From Nemertoderma westbladi (Eukaryota; Animalia; Xenacoelomorpha): a DNA stretch of 64,000 nucleotides. The notes under the pieces are model-generated. The model was not told the origin of the DNA, did no database searches, and worked only from the letters and a program-made list of their open reading frames with translations. The translations under genes were made by a program, and so were the position numbers. The stretch spans positions 26,140 through 90,139 of the forward strand of contig JAUCBJ010006959.1 in NCBI GenBank assembly GCA_032718475.1, read 5' to 3'. Each line of letters opens with the position of its first letter. Position 1 is the stretch's first letter. This document shows, one piece after another, positions 49,696 to 62,318 of this stretch.

Positions 49696-52600
49696 ATGCC
49701 TACAAAAGCAGAATTGGAAGAATTATTGTCAACACTAAAGTCAAAAAATTTACAAATGGTTAATATATTGAAACAAATTGGTATAAATCATGAGTTCTTA
49801 GGCATAAAAGATGTGGAAATAAATTTAAAACAAGAAATAAATGAATTTGAAACATCATGTATAAAAATAAGTTCTTCAATGGATAATGAAATTACTAGCC
49901 TGGTACATAAACATAATTAACTTGAAACAGATTATGCCAGTTTAGAGAAAAAGTATATTAGTATGAGAAATGAGTTTGGATATTTACAGAGCAAACATGA
50001 TAATATACAGGAACAAGTTGAAGAATGTCAAGGTGAAATTCTTTCAATGTCACAGCAACCAAATAATACTGTTTTAGAAATGTCTGCACCTGTAACATGT
50101 GAGCAATGTATACAATTAAAGAGTAAGTGCATTTACTTGGGAAAAGAAGCTTCAAAATTACATGATACAGTTGAAGAGCATAAAGGAATTATCGAAAGTT
50201 TAAACCAACAGATACAAAGTTCATTAATCATTGAGGAAAATGAAAAATACAAAGAATTAGTTACTTCATATGAAGAAATGAAATCACACTTGTCTGCATG
50301 TCAAAATGATTATCTAACAATTCAAGATGAACTTTTACTTTTGAAACGTGAATATAGATCTAGACGGGAATTTTTGAATAATTCCATTCCAGTACCCAGT
50401 GTTACACTGATAAGTAGAAAAATCAATTTTTTTACAAAAGAGATATCAAGTGGAATTGAAGGTGTTAATAGTAAACCATTTGAATCATCTCCTATAGAAT
50501 GTGATAAACCAGCAGGTAATATTAGTCCAATATTTCATCAACAAGAGTTGTATGATACTAGGAATGCCTGCCCTGAATTAAATCCAAATGCTAGAAATTT
50601 GAACTCATTTTCTAGTCAAGGTATCAATTCAACTAATTGGAGACAGCCATCAACAGAAATCCCTAAATACAAACGACTTCCAGTCAATATAAACAAATAT
50701 GATAATCTGAAAGATGGCTCATTCGCAACATGGGTGGCTAATGCTGAACTTGAGTTGGATGTAGCTGGATATCATGGAGATAGAGAACGCATAAGTAAAA
50801 TATTAAACAATCTGAAGAGTGGATCAACAATTTGTGATGCTGCTCGGGATTATTTTAGTAATAACCCTGATGTTACATATTCAGCTTTTGTCAGTTACCT
50901 AACTGTACATTTTGATAAAGATGATACACCACAAGAAGCTCTTGATGCTTTACAGAGAATAAGACAACGTAGTGATCAACAACTACAACATTACAAAGAT
51001 TATGTTCAAAAAAAGGGCGCTGCTTTACTTGCTGCCCGGAACAGATGTAGAATACCTAATCAATCTAGTCAGGAATATGATATTTCAAGAGAAATAAATG
51101 CTAAGTGTGTTGAAGTGGTAATGTGTGCTACATTCCTACATGGTTTAGAACCAAAAATTAAGAAGTTAATCTCAAATGATCAATATCATAACCTGCGTCA
51201 GGTATCAAATCTTGCAGATTTGGCAAAATCATTAGAGACTTATATGAGTTCAGTAAGAAAACGTCAAGAGGATTATAATGAGTTTGGAGACAGAAATAAA
51301 CAAACAAGTTACAAACCAAATTTCAATCAGAATAAAGAAAATGATATTAAAAAGAAATCAAGATACTGTTATATTTGTGGCGATGTAAGTCATATTGCCC
51401 CTGACTGTCCTAATAGAAGTAAAATTAGAGGTACTTCTACACCAATACAACAGCCTCTACTTAGTAAGCAATCATCAGAAGGGGTAATTGATTTTAACAA
51501 GACTACAAAGTTCCCTAAACCACAGACTACAAGTCGTCGAAATGTAGATGTATATGAAGGAGCTTATAATGATATTTCAAACCCACTACTGACTGATTCT
51601 GAAAACGAATCAGATATAGGAGACACCGCATTACCAGAAACATTCAATGCCCATATCGAAATAGATAAGGCTCCCACTATTTCTAAAGCACCTTCTTTTA
51701 TTGGTGATATTAGTATAAATGGCTTTCATTTGTGCAAGATAGGAGTTTTTGCAGATAATGGATCAGAGAGTACTTTCAGCAGTTTACGTCTTGTGAAACA
51801 TTTACAGAAATTAAACCTACTTCCATCTGAAATAAAGCCTCTAAGTTGTAAACCTATTGCTTACCAAGGGCAGCCAATCTCTATGATTGGGGAAATTCAA
51901 ATTGAAGTCAGTTATAAAAATCAATCATGTGTGAGAGTGTTCGCATTAGTTGATCCTTTAATGGGTAAAAAAGGAACTTATGATATTCTCATTGGTAATA
52001 ATGTTGGGCCTTTATTGTGCAAATTCGTAACCATACCGTATACATTGGTGGGAACAAATGTATGGAATATACCATTTATACAACCACCTGTGAATAGAGA
52101 TGAATGTGACATAAACCCTTCCAAGATGGATAAACCAATTACGGCATGTAAACGAATTGAATGTGTTCGTTTGGTCACTAGTGCTACACTGAAACCTCAG
52201 TGTACCACTTTTGTGAAAGCTACATTAGACAAGAATGATATTTCTGAAATAAATGTAAAGGAATCCTTATTGTTCGAACCATTCTTAAATAATGTTAGTC
52301 CTTTCCTACCAACTCTTGTAAAATTAGATGACAATAATACTTTCATTCTAAAGGTTGAAAATAGCTCAAGAAATAAAATTAGACTCAGATCAAATAGGAA
52401 GATTGGTATATTAGAAAATGTAGAAAGTATTACAAATGATGATAATTTTGATTATGATGATGCTTGTAGGGATAGTAAACTTATAAAGGAGGAAGAAAGA
52501 GAACTTGATGATAATAATGATTCAACAACAGCCCTTGAAAGGAAACTTTGTACAGAGAAATTCCTACGGTGTATTAAAATTGCAAATGAATGGGACCAGT

Positions 52601-55566
52601 TGACTTCAAACCAACAAAATCAACTTTTAGATACATTATTAGAGTTACAATTTTCATTTGCTCTCCCTGACGAACCAACAGGAAGAACTGATGTAATTGA
52701 ACATCATATAGAAACTGGAGACCATAAACCAATTCAACAGCATCCTCGCAGGATACCATTAGCCTACCGTGGAAAATGTAGAGAAATAATAGAACAATTA
52801 TTGACAGATCGAATTATTGAACCCTCATCAGCACTATGGACTAGTCCAACTGTACTTGTAAAGAAAGAAGGCAAACCCTTACGTTTATGTGTTGACTACA
52901 GAGCCCTTAATGCAATAACATTGAGAGACAATTACCCAATGCCTAGAATTGATGATATACTTGATTGCATTCAAAATGCAACTATATTTAGTGTTCTGGA
53001 CGCAAAACAGATGTTCCATCAAATCCCTATTTCTGAAGATAGCAAGGACAAAACTACTATGGTTACACCTGATGGAGCTTACAGATATACTGGAATGCCA
53101 TTTGGTCTTACAAATGCTCCTCCAACCTGTCAACGACTTATGAACGTAGCTTTACATGGGTTAATTGGTTATTGTTGTTTCATATATCTTGACGATATAT
53201 TGATTTTTTCAACTAATTTCGAATCACATTTGCAACACATTAATAAGGTACTTCAACGAATTAATAAAGCAAAATTAAAACTGAGAATAGAGAAATGCAA
53301 GTTTGCATGCTTTGAAATTAAATTTCTAGGACATATTGTAACACAATTCGGAATAAAGCCTGATCCACAGAAGATACTTATTGTCAAAGACTACCCTCAA
53401 CCCAATAACCTCAAGGAACTGCAGCGGTTTCTTGGATTAACAAGATATTATCGAAAGTTTATAAAGGATCTTGCAAAGATAACTGCACCTTTGAATGCAC
53501 TTACACGAAAAGATGTCAAATTTGTTTGGTCAACAGAATGTGATAAAGCATTTCAATATCTGAAGAGAGCCTTGACAACAGAACCTGTTTTAGGTCGCCC
53601 TGATATGTCAAAGCCATTCTTACTGGAAACAGATGCTTCAATGGATGATTTAGGTGCTATCTTGAGTCAGCGTGATGACAATGATGAGTTACACCCAATT
53701 GCATATAGTGGCAAGAGCCTATCTAGTAATGAAAATAAGTGGCATATTACTGAACTGGAATTATATGCTATCATTTGGGCCATAGACCATTTTGGGGCTT
53801 ATCTCCAAGGTCAAGATTATGAAGTCATAACCGACCATTCCGCTCTCATGTGGTTTCTTAACATTAAAGAACCCAAAGGAAGACTGCAACGCTGGATGTT
53901 AAAATTAATGCCTCAGATGCCTCGTATCAGTTACCGACCAGGCAAACTCAATTTAGCTGCTGATGCATTATCTAGAATCCCACAATGTCAATTAAAAACA
54001 GAACATTCAAATGAAATAAAGGATATCATAAATCTTCCAATAGAAGCAAGTAATAACTCTGAAATTACTATTGAAGAAATATTAAGTAATGATATAAACT
54101 CAAAGTTAAATATAGAAGAACAAATCAAGGATGATCACCTTAAATCTATCATAGATTATCTAGAATCTGGAGTACTACCTACCAATAAAATAGCAGCTCA
54201 AAAGTTATTATTAAGTGTGGCTGCATATGAAATCATTGACAAAGACCTAAATGATGATGTTTCATGTAAATGTTTGTATAGACTCTCCCCATTTAACAGA
54301 CATCTCCGACTTATTGTTGTTCCAAAACAATATCAGTCAACATTATTATATGATAGACATTCATCATCCTTGGGAGGTCATTTTGCGATAGATAAAACTT
54401 ATAAATCATTAGCTCAATTTTATTATTGGGACACAATGTATCGCGATACAGTTCGTTTCTGTAATTCTTGTTTGGAATGTCTCACAAGGAAGCCTCCTCA
54501 CCGATATCAAAAGGTTCCCTTAACTGCTATAACTTCATATTATCCAATGGAATTAATGGCAGTAGATTTACTTTCACTCCCATTATCTATTGAAGGTAAT
54601 AAATTTGCATTAGTGTTTGTGGATCACTTCACTAAATGGGTAATAGCAATTGCTTTGCGTGATGAATGTGCTACTACAGTGGCGAAAGCCTTAATAGATC
54701 ATGTTATATGTCAACATGGTGTTCCTAATAAACTTTTGTCTGATCAAGGTCCAAACTTTACGAGTTCTTTGATAAAGGAAGTTGCAAAACTACTGGGAAT
54801 TGAGAAAATATTTACAACCCCATATCACCAACAATGTAACGGAGTTGTAGAACGAATGAATAGAACAATTTGCGATATTCTATCACATTTAGTTAATGAT
54901 CATGGAACCGATTGGGATTGTTATCTTGATCAGGTTACCTTTGCATATAACAGCTCCTACCATATGACAACAGGTGAAACACCTTTCTTCCTTATGCATG
55001 GACGTGATCCTCAATTTCCTTTCGACAACTTCCTGAATTTCATTCCATGGAAGTATGCAGAGGTTGAAGACTTTGCACTTGATCTTAAGGATAGCTTAAC
55101 TACTACATTCCAGATAGTCAGAAACAAATTGGCAAAGGAACATATTAACTGGAGTACTCAATATAATAAGAAAACACTAAAACATGGATTTAATGTGGGT
55201 GACCGAGTGTTTTTACACTCAATGTCAGAATGTAAAGGTCCAAATCATAAATTTGCCTGACCCTTTCTCGGACCATTCAAAATAATGAAATTGTCTGAGC
55301 ATAATGCAGATTTACTTTCGAATCACTCTGAATCCCATACACACGAAACTTTCACCGTTAATGTATCGCATCTAAAACGATGTCCAAGAGATCTGGATAT
55401 GATGACTAAACCTTATCTGGGAAAGACGCAAAATTCTTCGAAGAGGTTCCATAATAGATTGCTATTGGACAACTCAAACTTGATTAATACAAGGATACCA
55501 AAAGACACTGAAATGGAACCCTATATTCATCCTAATCATACCCGATCTAAAACCAAAAACACTTAA
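49696..55566 (+). pseudogene. Gypsy single-frame gag-pol polyprotein with two premature stops (49918-49920, 55258-55260)
   Basis: Three ORFs in the same frame. Coiled-coil gag, CCHC knuckle CYICGDVSHIAPDC, protease ADNGS, RT YLDD, RNase H ETDAS, integrase H-H-C-C plus DDE, and a GPF tail after the second stop. Confidence 0.95.
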
Positions 55567-56194
55567 TACAGTAGAATTTAAGCAATAGCTGGATGGTTAT
55601 AAACTTTGGTGATAGGTCTTTTGTATTAGTATGTTAACTTGATGGGTCTCAAGTCTTTCAACAGGGGGGATGTTATAGGATATTTTAGAGTAGATTATTA
55701 TAGGACCTAAGAGGCCAAGCCTATATGCTAGTTAGTTCTGTAGTTGGTTGTACTGATTTTGGCTGTTGTGCATTGTACCGTGACATACCCTATTATACCA
55801 GTATACTGCCTGTCTGTGGTGATATCTTTGTTTTTGATTATGCATGACACTCTGCGGGCCTTTGGACCGTATGATAGTACATTTTAGAACTGCTAACCCC
55901 TAACTACAACCCGAACCCGACAAGAACACAACGGCTGTATACACTATCAGTCCCACGATATAACTTAAAGTCGATCGGTTCTCGCGCATTCAAATACGCT
56001 GCCCCTGTCGTATTTAACAGCCTCCCAGGACTTACTAAAATTTGGACTCATTCAAACGACAATTGAAAACATGTTTATTCGATAGCGCCTTAAATAACTC
56101 AGAACTATTTTCTCATATTTTCTGTGAATTTCACTTATTTGTATTTACTTAGCGCCTTAGAACCTTTGCAGAAAAGGGCGCTTTATAAATAACT

Positions 56195-56235
<41 letters not shown>

Positions 56236-58311
56236 GTGTTATTATTACCCACCAAAATGGGTTTGCTACACAATAAAGTCAGGGAAGCAATTAATTAAGG
56301 CCTTGTGGCCAAACAGTTGAACCACGCATTGCGTTTTCTATGTAATTTGTTATACCCTTTGTGCCTTAAGATGTAGGTAGGACTACGTTCAGTGGCTAAA
56401 TCCGACATAGATGAACCGCTATTACATTGTTGCTAGCATTGTCTAATTGACGTCGCACCATCACCACGTGCCCATGCAATTAATCTATTAAATATAAAGA
56501 CAGGATTTACTAAATAAGTAAATAAAATAGAAATACAATAAAATTAGACATAAAAAAAAATAATAATAATAAAATAAAAAATTAGAATTCTCAGAAATTA
56601 ACAAATAACACGGTAAGGACCCAGCTCAAATTTTTGTATTATATATTTTTGGTAGGGCCTTTAGGGCACATTTAGGCATTATTTTTTTTTTATATTTAGT
56701 TAGTGTTTGTGTAGGTAGTGTTTGTGCGGTATATTCAGGTGCTGTTTGTTTCGGTGCGGTTTGTTGTTTTTGCTGTTAGTTGTCCATTATGGTTTGTGTC
56801 AATTTGTCTGATAAGTAGCATAGCGGCTGGGGGCGAAAGGCCCAGACATTAAAGATTTACTTATCTTATTAATTCGATTTTTCATTTTATTTTAGATTTT
56901 TGATATTTATTAATTAGAATATTTAGGCCTATTATTTTATTAATTAGAATATTTAGGCCTATTATTTTATTAATTAGAATATTTATTAATTTATTACTTA
57001 GATTTATAAATTGGAACACTAATTTATCTCACAAGTAGCTGGGCAACAATGGACTATTATTATTATTATATTGTATTACTAAATAGGTTGCTATTCATAT
57101 ATATATGAAATGCCCCGGAATATATTGTGTAGGAAAAATAATAGAATTTTAAATACTATGTTTTTTAAAAATAGGTTTTTGCGTAGGATTTAAAATCAAA
57201 ACTTAGGTTTTATAGTTTTTGCTAAATAGATTTAAAATTTCGCCTCAATGTTAAATTATCCATTTTAAGAAAGGAGCAGGTTATAGTGACACGTTACTCT
57301 GACCAAAACAATAAACTAAAGTCAATATAACAGTTTTATTTTTGGGAGTAATGCGGTTATTTGCATCGATTTTCCCCTTGAGAGGGAGAAATTTGAATTG
57401 CGTCGAAAGTACTCCCACACCCCCCCCCCCCCCTCCCTGTCTCCACAAGCCACAATATTAAAAAAAACATTCAACTAGCTATTCCACAACGAAAATAAAA
57501 TTATGTTTCATATTTTGTGATTGCATGGACAGTTTTCCGTCGGTACCAATAAACCACTAAAAGGTTTAAGTATAAATTTGGTGTAACTGGTGGAATAACG
57601 CCACAGACATCAATTTGCGGTGGTTCAACTTAACCAGTGTACTGGAACACTTTCAATGATACAAAATATTATCATATTCATGTAATGTTGTAATAAAAAT
57701 TAATTGTCTATTTTTTTAACCTTCTACAGTATTTCATTATTATTTTATATATGTTCTTTATTTTTTCACGGAGCGTGTAAACCACGTAAATTAAGTTTTA
57801 AAATTGGCTGCGCCCCCCTGGAGTGCAGAGGTGGCTGCGACGTCCCTACATTGTCTCAAGGGAAAGCTACTATTGTCATCCAAACAACAATTAGTCATAT
57901 ACTGCTACTCAAAATATTTGTAGCTGGTGATAACAGCCAATCAGGGCATCAGCAACCCACAACTAACAAGTCTACCAAACTAGATCCCCTGACACTCGGC
58001 AAGTCTCCAGTCTACCGCTACTGGACTGAAAGTAAAACATATTAGAAATGTTTGAAATGAAAACCTTCAGTCACTTCGCATTATTTTTTATAATACTTTC
58101 TTCCTGATTGATACCTGACACATATTATATTCTAGACCGCAGACTGAGTTTTTGTGAGGTCTTAAATCTTACCCACTCTGCCTCAAGGTGGTAAAGTGAT
58201 TACTGATTAGGGGACATCTGCTTAGATTTTGCTTCTGATTCATTAACACTTAACATAACGTCTCGTGCTGCGCGAAGACCTATATATGTAAAGTTGTGAG
58301 ACGCCGGGCTC

Positions 58312-58452
58312 ACAATCTATTGGTTGTAGGTTCAACCCCGCCAGAGTCAACTCAGCCTTTCATCCAATGGGGTCGATATAATGAGTAGGGCCTACCATTT
58401 AAATTACTCAGAGCAAAACTAGGGATCAGAGTAGCGCCCGGGCACCCATACC
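58312..58452 (+). mobile_element. Partial, diverged copy of the same SINE family as 42184-42432
   Basis: TGTAGGTTCAACCCCGCCAG..ACTCAGCCTTTCATCC..GGGGTCGAT..GAGTAGCGCCC. Confidence 0.85.
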
Positions 58453-58944
58453 TTCATCTGGCTGTAATTTTGACTTACGGACTCAGACAAAATCTGAAAA
58501 CTTCTTATAACTTACAACCACATTACACAACCACATCCTCTGTATGTCCGTTTGACATCTGCCTGGCTAATTAATCTATCTTTTATCTTCAATTAATCTA
58601 CTTTACCGAGGTATGCAAGTTCTGAATACCCCCTTTAAATGCTCTAGATGCTTCTGCTCTAGATGGTATCCCAAAGAGCCTACCAATTTACTTTGCATTT
58701 TCCATCAAATTGGTATCATTGTGTGCCCTTTTCGAATAAACCAAACAACCTATTATCTGTCAAAAGACAGTATACGAATATAAAGTAGATCACATTTGTT
58801 TATATAAACAACATTTTATATCCCACCGGGATATAAAGAGCAAACTTTATATCCCACTGGGATAAAAAGATCTATCTTATAACCGGAAACTTTCCATGAA
58901 ATTCGGTAATAAAGACCGTTTTTAGGAAAAAATATTTTATTTAG

Positions 58945-59177
58945 GCAATGAAAGATTCGATGCGCTCACTCAAAACTATTATCGGAATGCAGCAGCTGCT
59001 ATAATTTGTTATGACGTATCTGACCGAGATTCTTATGAACATGTTGATTCGTGGAAGACGCGGCTCCTAGACAGAACAACGGGGGTAGATGGAGTTGCTC
59101 CCGTGATTGGAATTTGCGCTACCAAATGTGACGTAAAAGAAAGTGTTCGAGTAATTAGTAACAAAGATGGAATTCAG
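58945..59177 (+). CDS. Rab-family GTPase, coding exon 3
   Basis: TTTAG| phase 1, then G-NERFDALTQNYYRNA (RabF3/F4), IICYDVSD, TKCD (G4), and donor CAG|GTAACT. Not in the ORF track; translated manually. Confidence 0.93.
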
Positions 59178-59551
59178 GTAACTTACAGGTATATATAAGA
59201 ATTTAGGTTAATAAACAGCTTTTTTCATATAAGTATAATTTTATATTTTCGATCCCTAGATGATACAGCACTGTTTGGTCACAGTGCTTTAAATTCCTCA
59301 ATTTCTTCCTTAACTGGTCGATAAATGGGAACCAAGGCAACTTGGGAAACAGAGTGGAAGGGTTTACTGTTGAAGATGATCACACATAGTGGTGAACAGG
59401 CATTCCTTGGCTTAACGAGCTTAAAAGATTCTCCCATTCATTTATTAAAAAATGATTTTTGTGGAATGCCATAAAATAAGATTCATTTTCAATATAGTAT
59501 CCATCATTATATATTTAATTAACTATTTTCCATCATTACTACATTTTGCAG

Positions 59552-59779
59552 CTCGCTAAATTCTGTAAGGTCAAACATTTCTGGATGACGTCCGCAAAGG
59601 ACAACACTAATGTTAGTGAAATGTTTTACGATATTACCAGCCGACTTGTACGCAACTGGAAAATCGGACAATTGGACAGTTGTCGCTCTGAAGGTTCACG
59701 TGATTCACCCTCATTCCACGTTATTCAACCAGTTGATGGGCAGTCGAGAGTTCGCGAGAAAAACTGTTGCAATGTTTAA
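59552..59779 (+). CDS. Rab-family GTPase, coding exon 4 (terminal)
   Basis: TTGCAG| phase 0, TSAK (G5), NVSEMF and the C-terminal prenylation motif CCNV*. Confidence 0.92.
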   Translation, partial: LAKFCKVKHFWMTSAKDNTNVSEMFYDITSRLVRNWKIGQLDSCRSEGSRDSPSFHVIQPVDGQSRVREKNCCNV

Positions 59780-60842
59780 TTAATAAGCCTAATTAATATA
59801 AAATGAAGTATTAGTACATTTGAGTCTCCATTTACATTTTATTAAGATGGGGGGAGGGGGGGTGGGGGGCATTTCGCAAACTTTATCAAAGAGTTTAAAT
59901 TGTCATAACAGGAGAACCAAAATAGCAAAATAACAAAATATATTTTTCTTGGTTCTATATGAACTACTGTAAGAAGTTAAGGGGAAAGATGTTGAAAAAT
60001 TAGGCTTATCGCGATAGAAATACAGTCCATTTCTCTTTCAAAGTATCAAAGCATGAAAACTTTTCAATGAAACGTAAATAAAAATATTCAAATAGTTCTC
60101 ACATGAATTATCTTCAAAATGAATAATAAACCACCTACTCAGAATGAAGACTTCTCAAGAAATATGATTTTTAAAATCCCTGATCAGGTAAAATGTTGTT
60201 TCCCAGAAAATGCATTTAAAGATAAGGTATAGAAATCAGTTCATAAATATCGATATTATTTCAAAATTAGAGATCTATGATGTTTAACCTATATTATTTT
60301 CATTACTATTAAAAGCCGGGTCACATTCAGATGGAATTATGAAAACTCCCATAGTAAATAACAATAGTCATAGGGAGGGCCAATCACCTACTACTCATTA
60401 TTTATGACTGCAACGCAGTATTTTGCCGGAAGCTTGAAGATGGCTTAACAAATGCCCTGTTATTCAATAATCATAAAACAACTGCCTTCTATATCAAGAT
60501 ATGATACTCTTTTATATGAAATTATCAATTTAAGCACCAATGAGTTTGAAAATTTACAGAAATTGAATGCAAACAACAATCTTCATCATATTTATCAATC
60601 AATAATGCAATAGATTGGACAAAAACACTTCTTCTACCCGATATGTTTTGACAATGAATCAAGATATGGAAAATATTTTAAATACTTTCAAAAATCCTGT
60701 TCTCTTTACAATCCTCCAAATCCACCAGGAACATAAGCTTTACTTGTAGATGGATTGCTTATAGTTCGTTTCCTACTTTGTGATTGTGATTGTTTATTTA
60801 GGATGGGTGTACCTATCTTCCTGGCCCTTTTAGCTTTCACTT

Positions 60843-62318
60843 TTATTGTATGCTTCCTCTTCCTTTGATGGCTCGTGGTTTGAAGGGATTAGGATTTGAT
60901 AAGTCATGGATTGCTTTAGCAATAACAGTTGCCTTATGCTTAGCTCTTTTTGCAGCTGTTCCTATAGCTTTTGAAGCTCGTTTGTGGTATTTTCGAACAG
61001 ACAAATTGACAGAGGAAACCGCATGGTTCTGGGTTGATAGTCGATTCAATGTTTCCTGTCTGCCAGCAAATCCAGAATTAAAATATACAATGCTGCTCAA
61101 CACAGCCAGCTTGACTCGTTGCTTTGCAAAGAATCTGAGTTTTGGAACTCAAGCCCAAATCAATGAGTGAAATGACTCATTCTGGATTTGAGTGTAACCA
61201 GGTAACCCGGTGAACACCTTTCAAGAAGTTTGTCCTCATAGAATCGATAGAACACTGGAAGTAAGAGGCCTTAAAATATCGGATCCAAGAAGTGGGACTT
61301 TTGAGGAGGTTATCGCCCTGTTCGACGGAATGAACACCATGAGTTTGGTCCTATAGGACTATAGGAATGCCTTTCAGCTAAAGATTTTCTTAGGATGCAG
61401 TGTCTAAAACTTACTAGAATATCCGTTTTCTTGCGTTTCACATGCATTTGGTTTGACTCACCAGCACTCTATCAAGCTTTTTGCAGTTACTGCGTATAGC
61501 TTTACCATAATATTCAGAGAGAATTTTACAGTTTGTGCGATTTAACCTGTGGGGAGCCCCTCCATTGAACTTATTATACCCCAAATTTCCTTTCGTGTTA
61601 GACGAAATGTCTCTTAGAGCCTTATGCAAGTGCTTTTGGACATGGTTGATACAGTCAACTGTTTTCACACACTGGCACTGGCATGTTTTCCTTGGTCATG
61701 ATCACCCCAATATTTCTGACCCTCGACAGAACGATTGAATTTTATATTTTCTTCCTTTGTCATAGATAGATATTTATCACAATTAGCAGCATCCCTGTAA
61801 ACCCAACAAATTTCGTTAAAACTATTAGTATCCCAATCACAGACAAATTCGTTGAAACAAAGACTGTCGTCTGGTTCATAAATTATATCTTTAGATCTAT
61901 TAAATATTTCAAGATATTGTACTCCATGGCACCAATTGATTCTGTAAATTTTACTTTACAGTCATTACAAGAATGCTGGTGAGTTTCTATCCAAGTCTTA
62001 TAACTATCTTTACTTTTGTCACCTGAATAGAACTCAACCCTCTTACATATTTTCGATCTTATACCATAGTCAAGGACTTTTCTAGTTTCCATAGAAATTA
62101 CAAAACTTGCACCATGGAGGGAAGTATGGCCTCTCTTGTGCCAAAGTTCCATCTCCAATTACAGAGACTGGCACATTATTTTCTCCTTTACTCAGAACCT
62201 TACGAGCCTGAATCATGTTAGCCCCAACAACTTCCTCGTGAATGTTTATAATTTCATCAACCATTGAGGAGAAAGTAGACTTGGATAAATTACAGGGTAT
62301 GTCCATAATCTCACTCAA
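60843..62318 (-). mobile_element. Fragmented DDE transposase, Kolobok-like
   Basis: Frameshifted pieces VSVIGDGT/WHKRGHTSLHG, KVLDY..RSKIC, GAME, DCINHVQK, YYGKAIRSN, TQIQNESFH and FNSG. Termini not resolved. Confidence 0.7.

Larger units (their letters stand above)
48225..55876 (+). mobile_element. Full-length Ty3/Gypsy LTR retrotransposon (7652 bp)
   Basis: 206-bp LTRs (48225-48430, 55671-55876; 3 mismatches seen), 4-bp TSD GTAC, PBS at 48431, PPT AGGGGGGA before the 3' LTR, and PR-RT-RH-IN domain order. Confidence 0.97.
46216..56233 (+). mobile_element. Decayed L2/CR1-group LINE (APE endonuclease + RT), interrupted by Gypsy at 48225-55880
   Basis: DILGIAETWL, GGGVGI, VGDLNIH, THRSGHRLD, FRPVSTLSFLSK, GVPQGSVLG and YADD. 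GLAPSY|ILELL reads across the Gypsy insertion. The 3' end has a GCGCC..GGCGC stem and a (TTA)n tail. Confidence 0.9.

Noticed and set aside
49918-55260. Stop-codon readthrough in the Gypsy polyprotein
   Set aside because: The stops lie within early gag and late integrase, not at the gag/pol boundary. The TGA is plausibly a CGA transition.
59977-60000. TTAA followed by GGGG as a possible Kolobok terminus
   Set aside because: No matching inverted terminus was found within the window, so element boundaries are not claimed.
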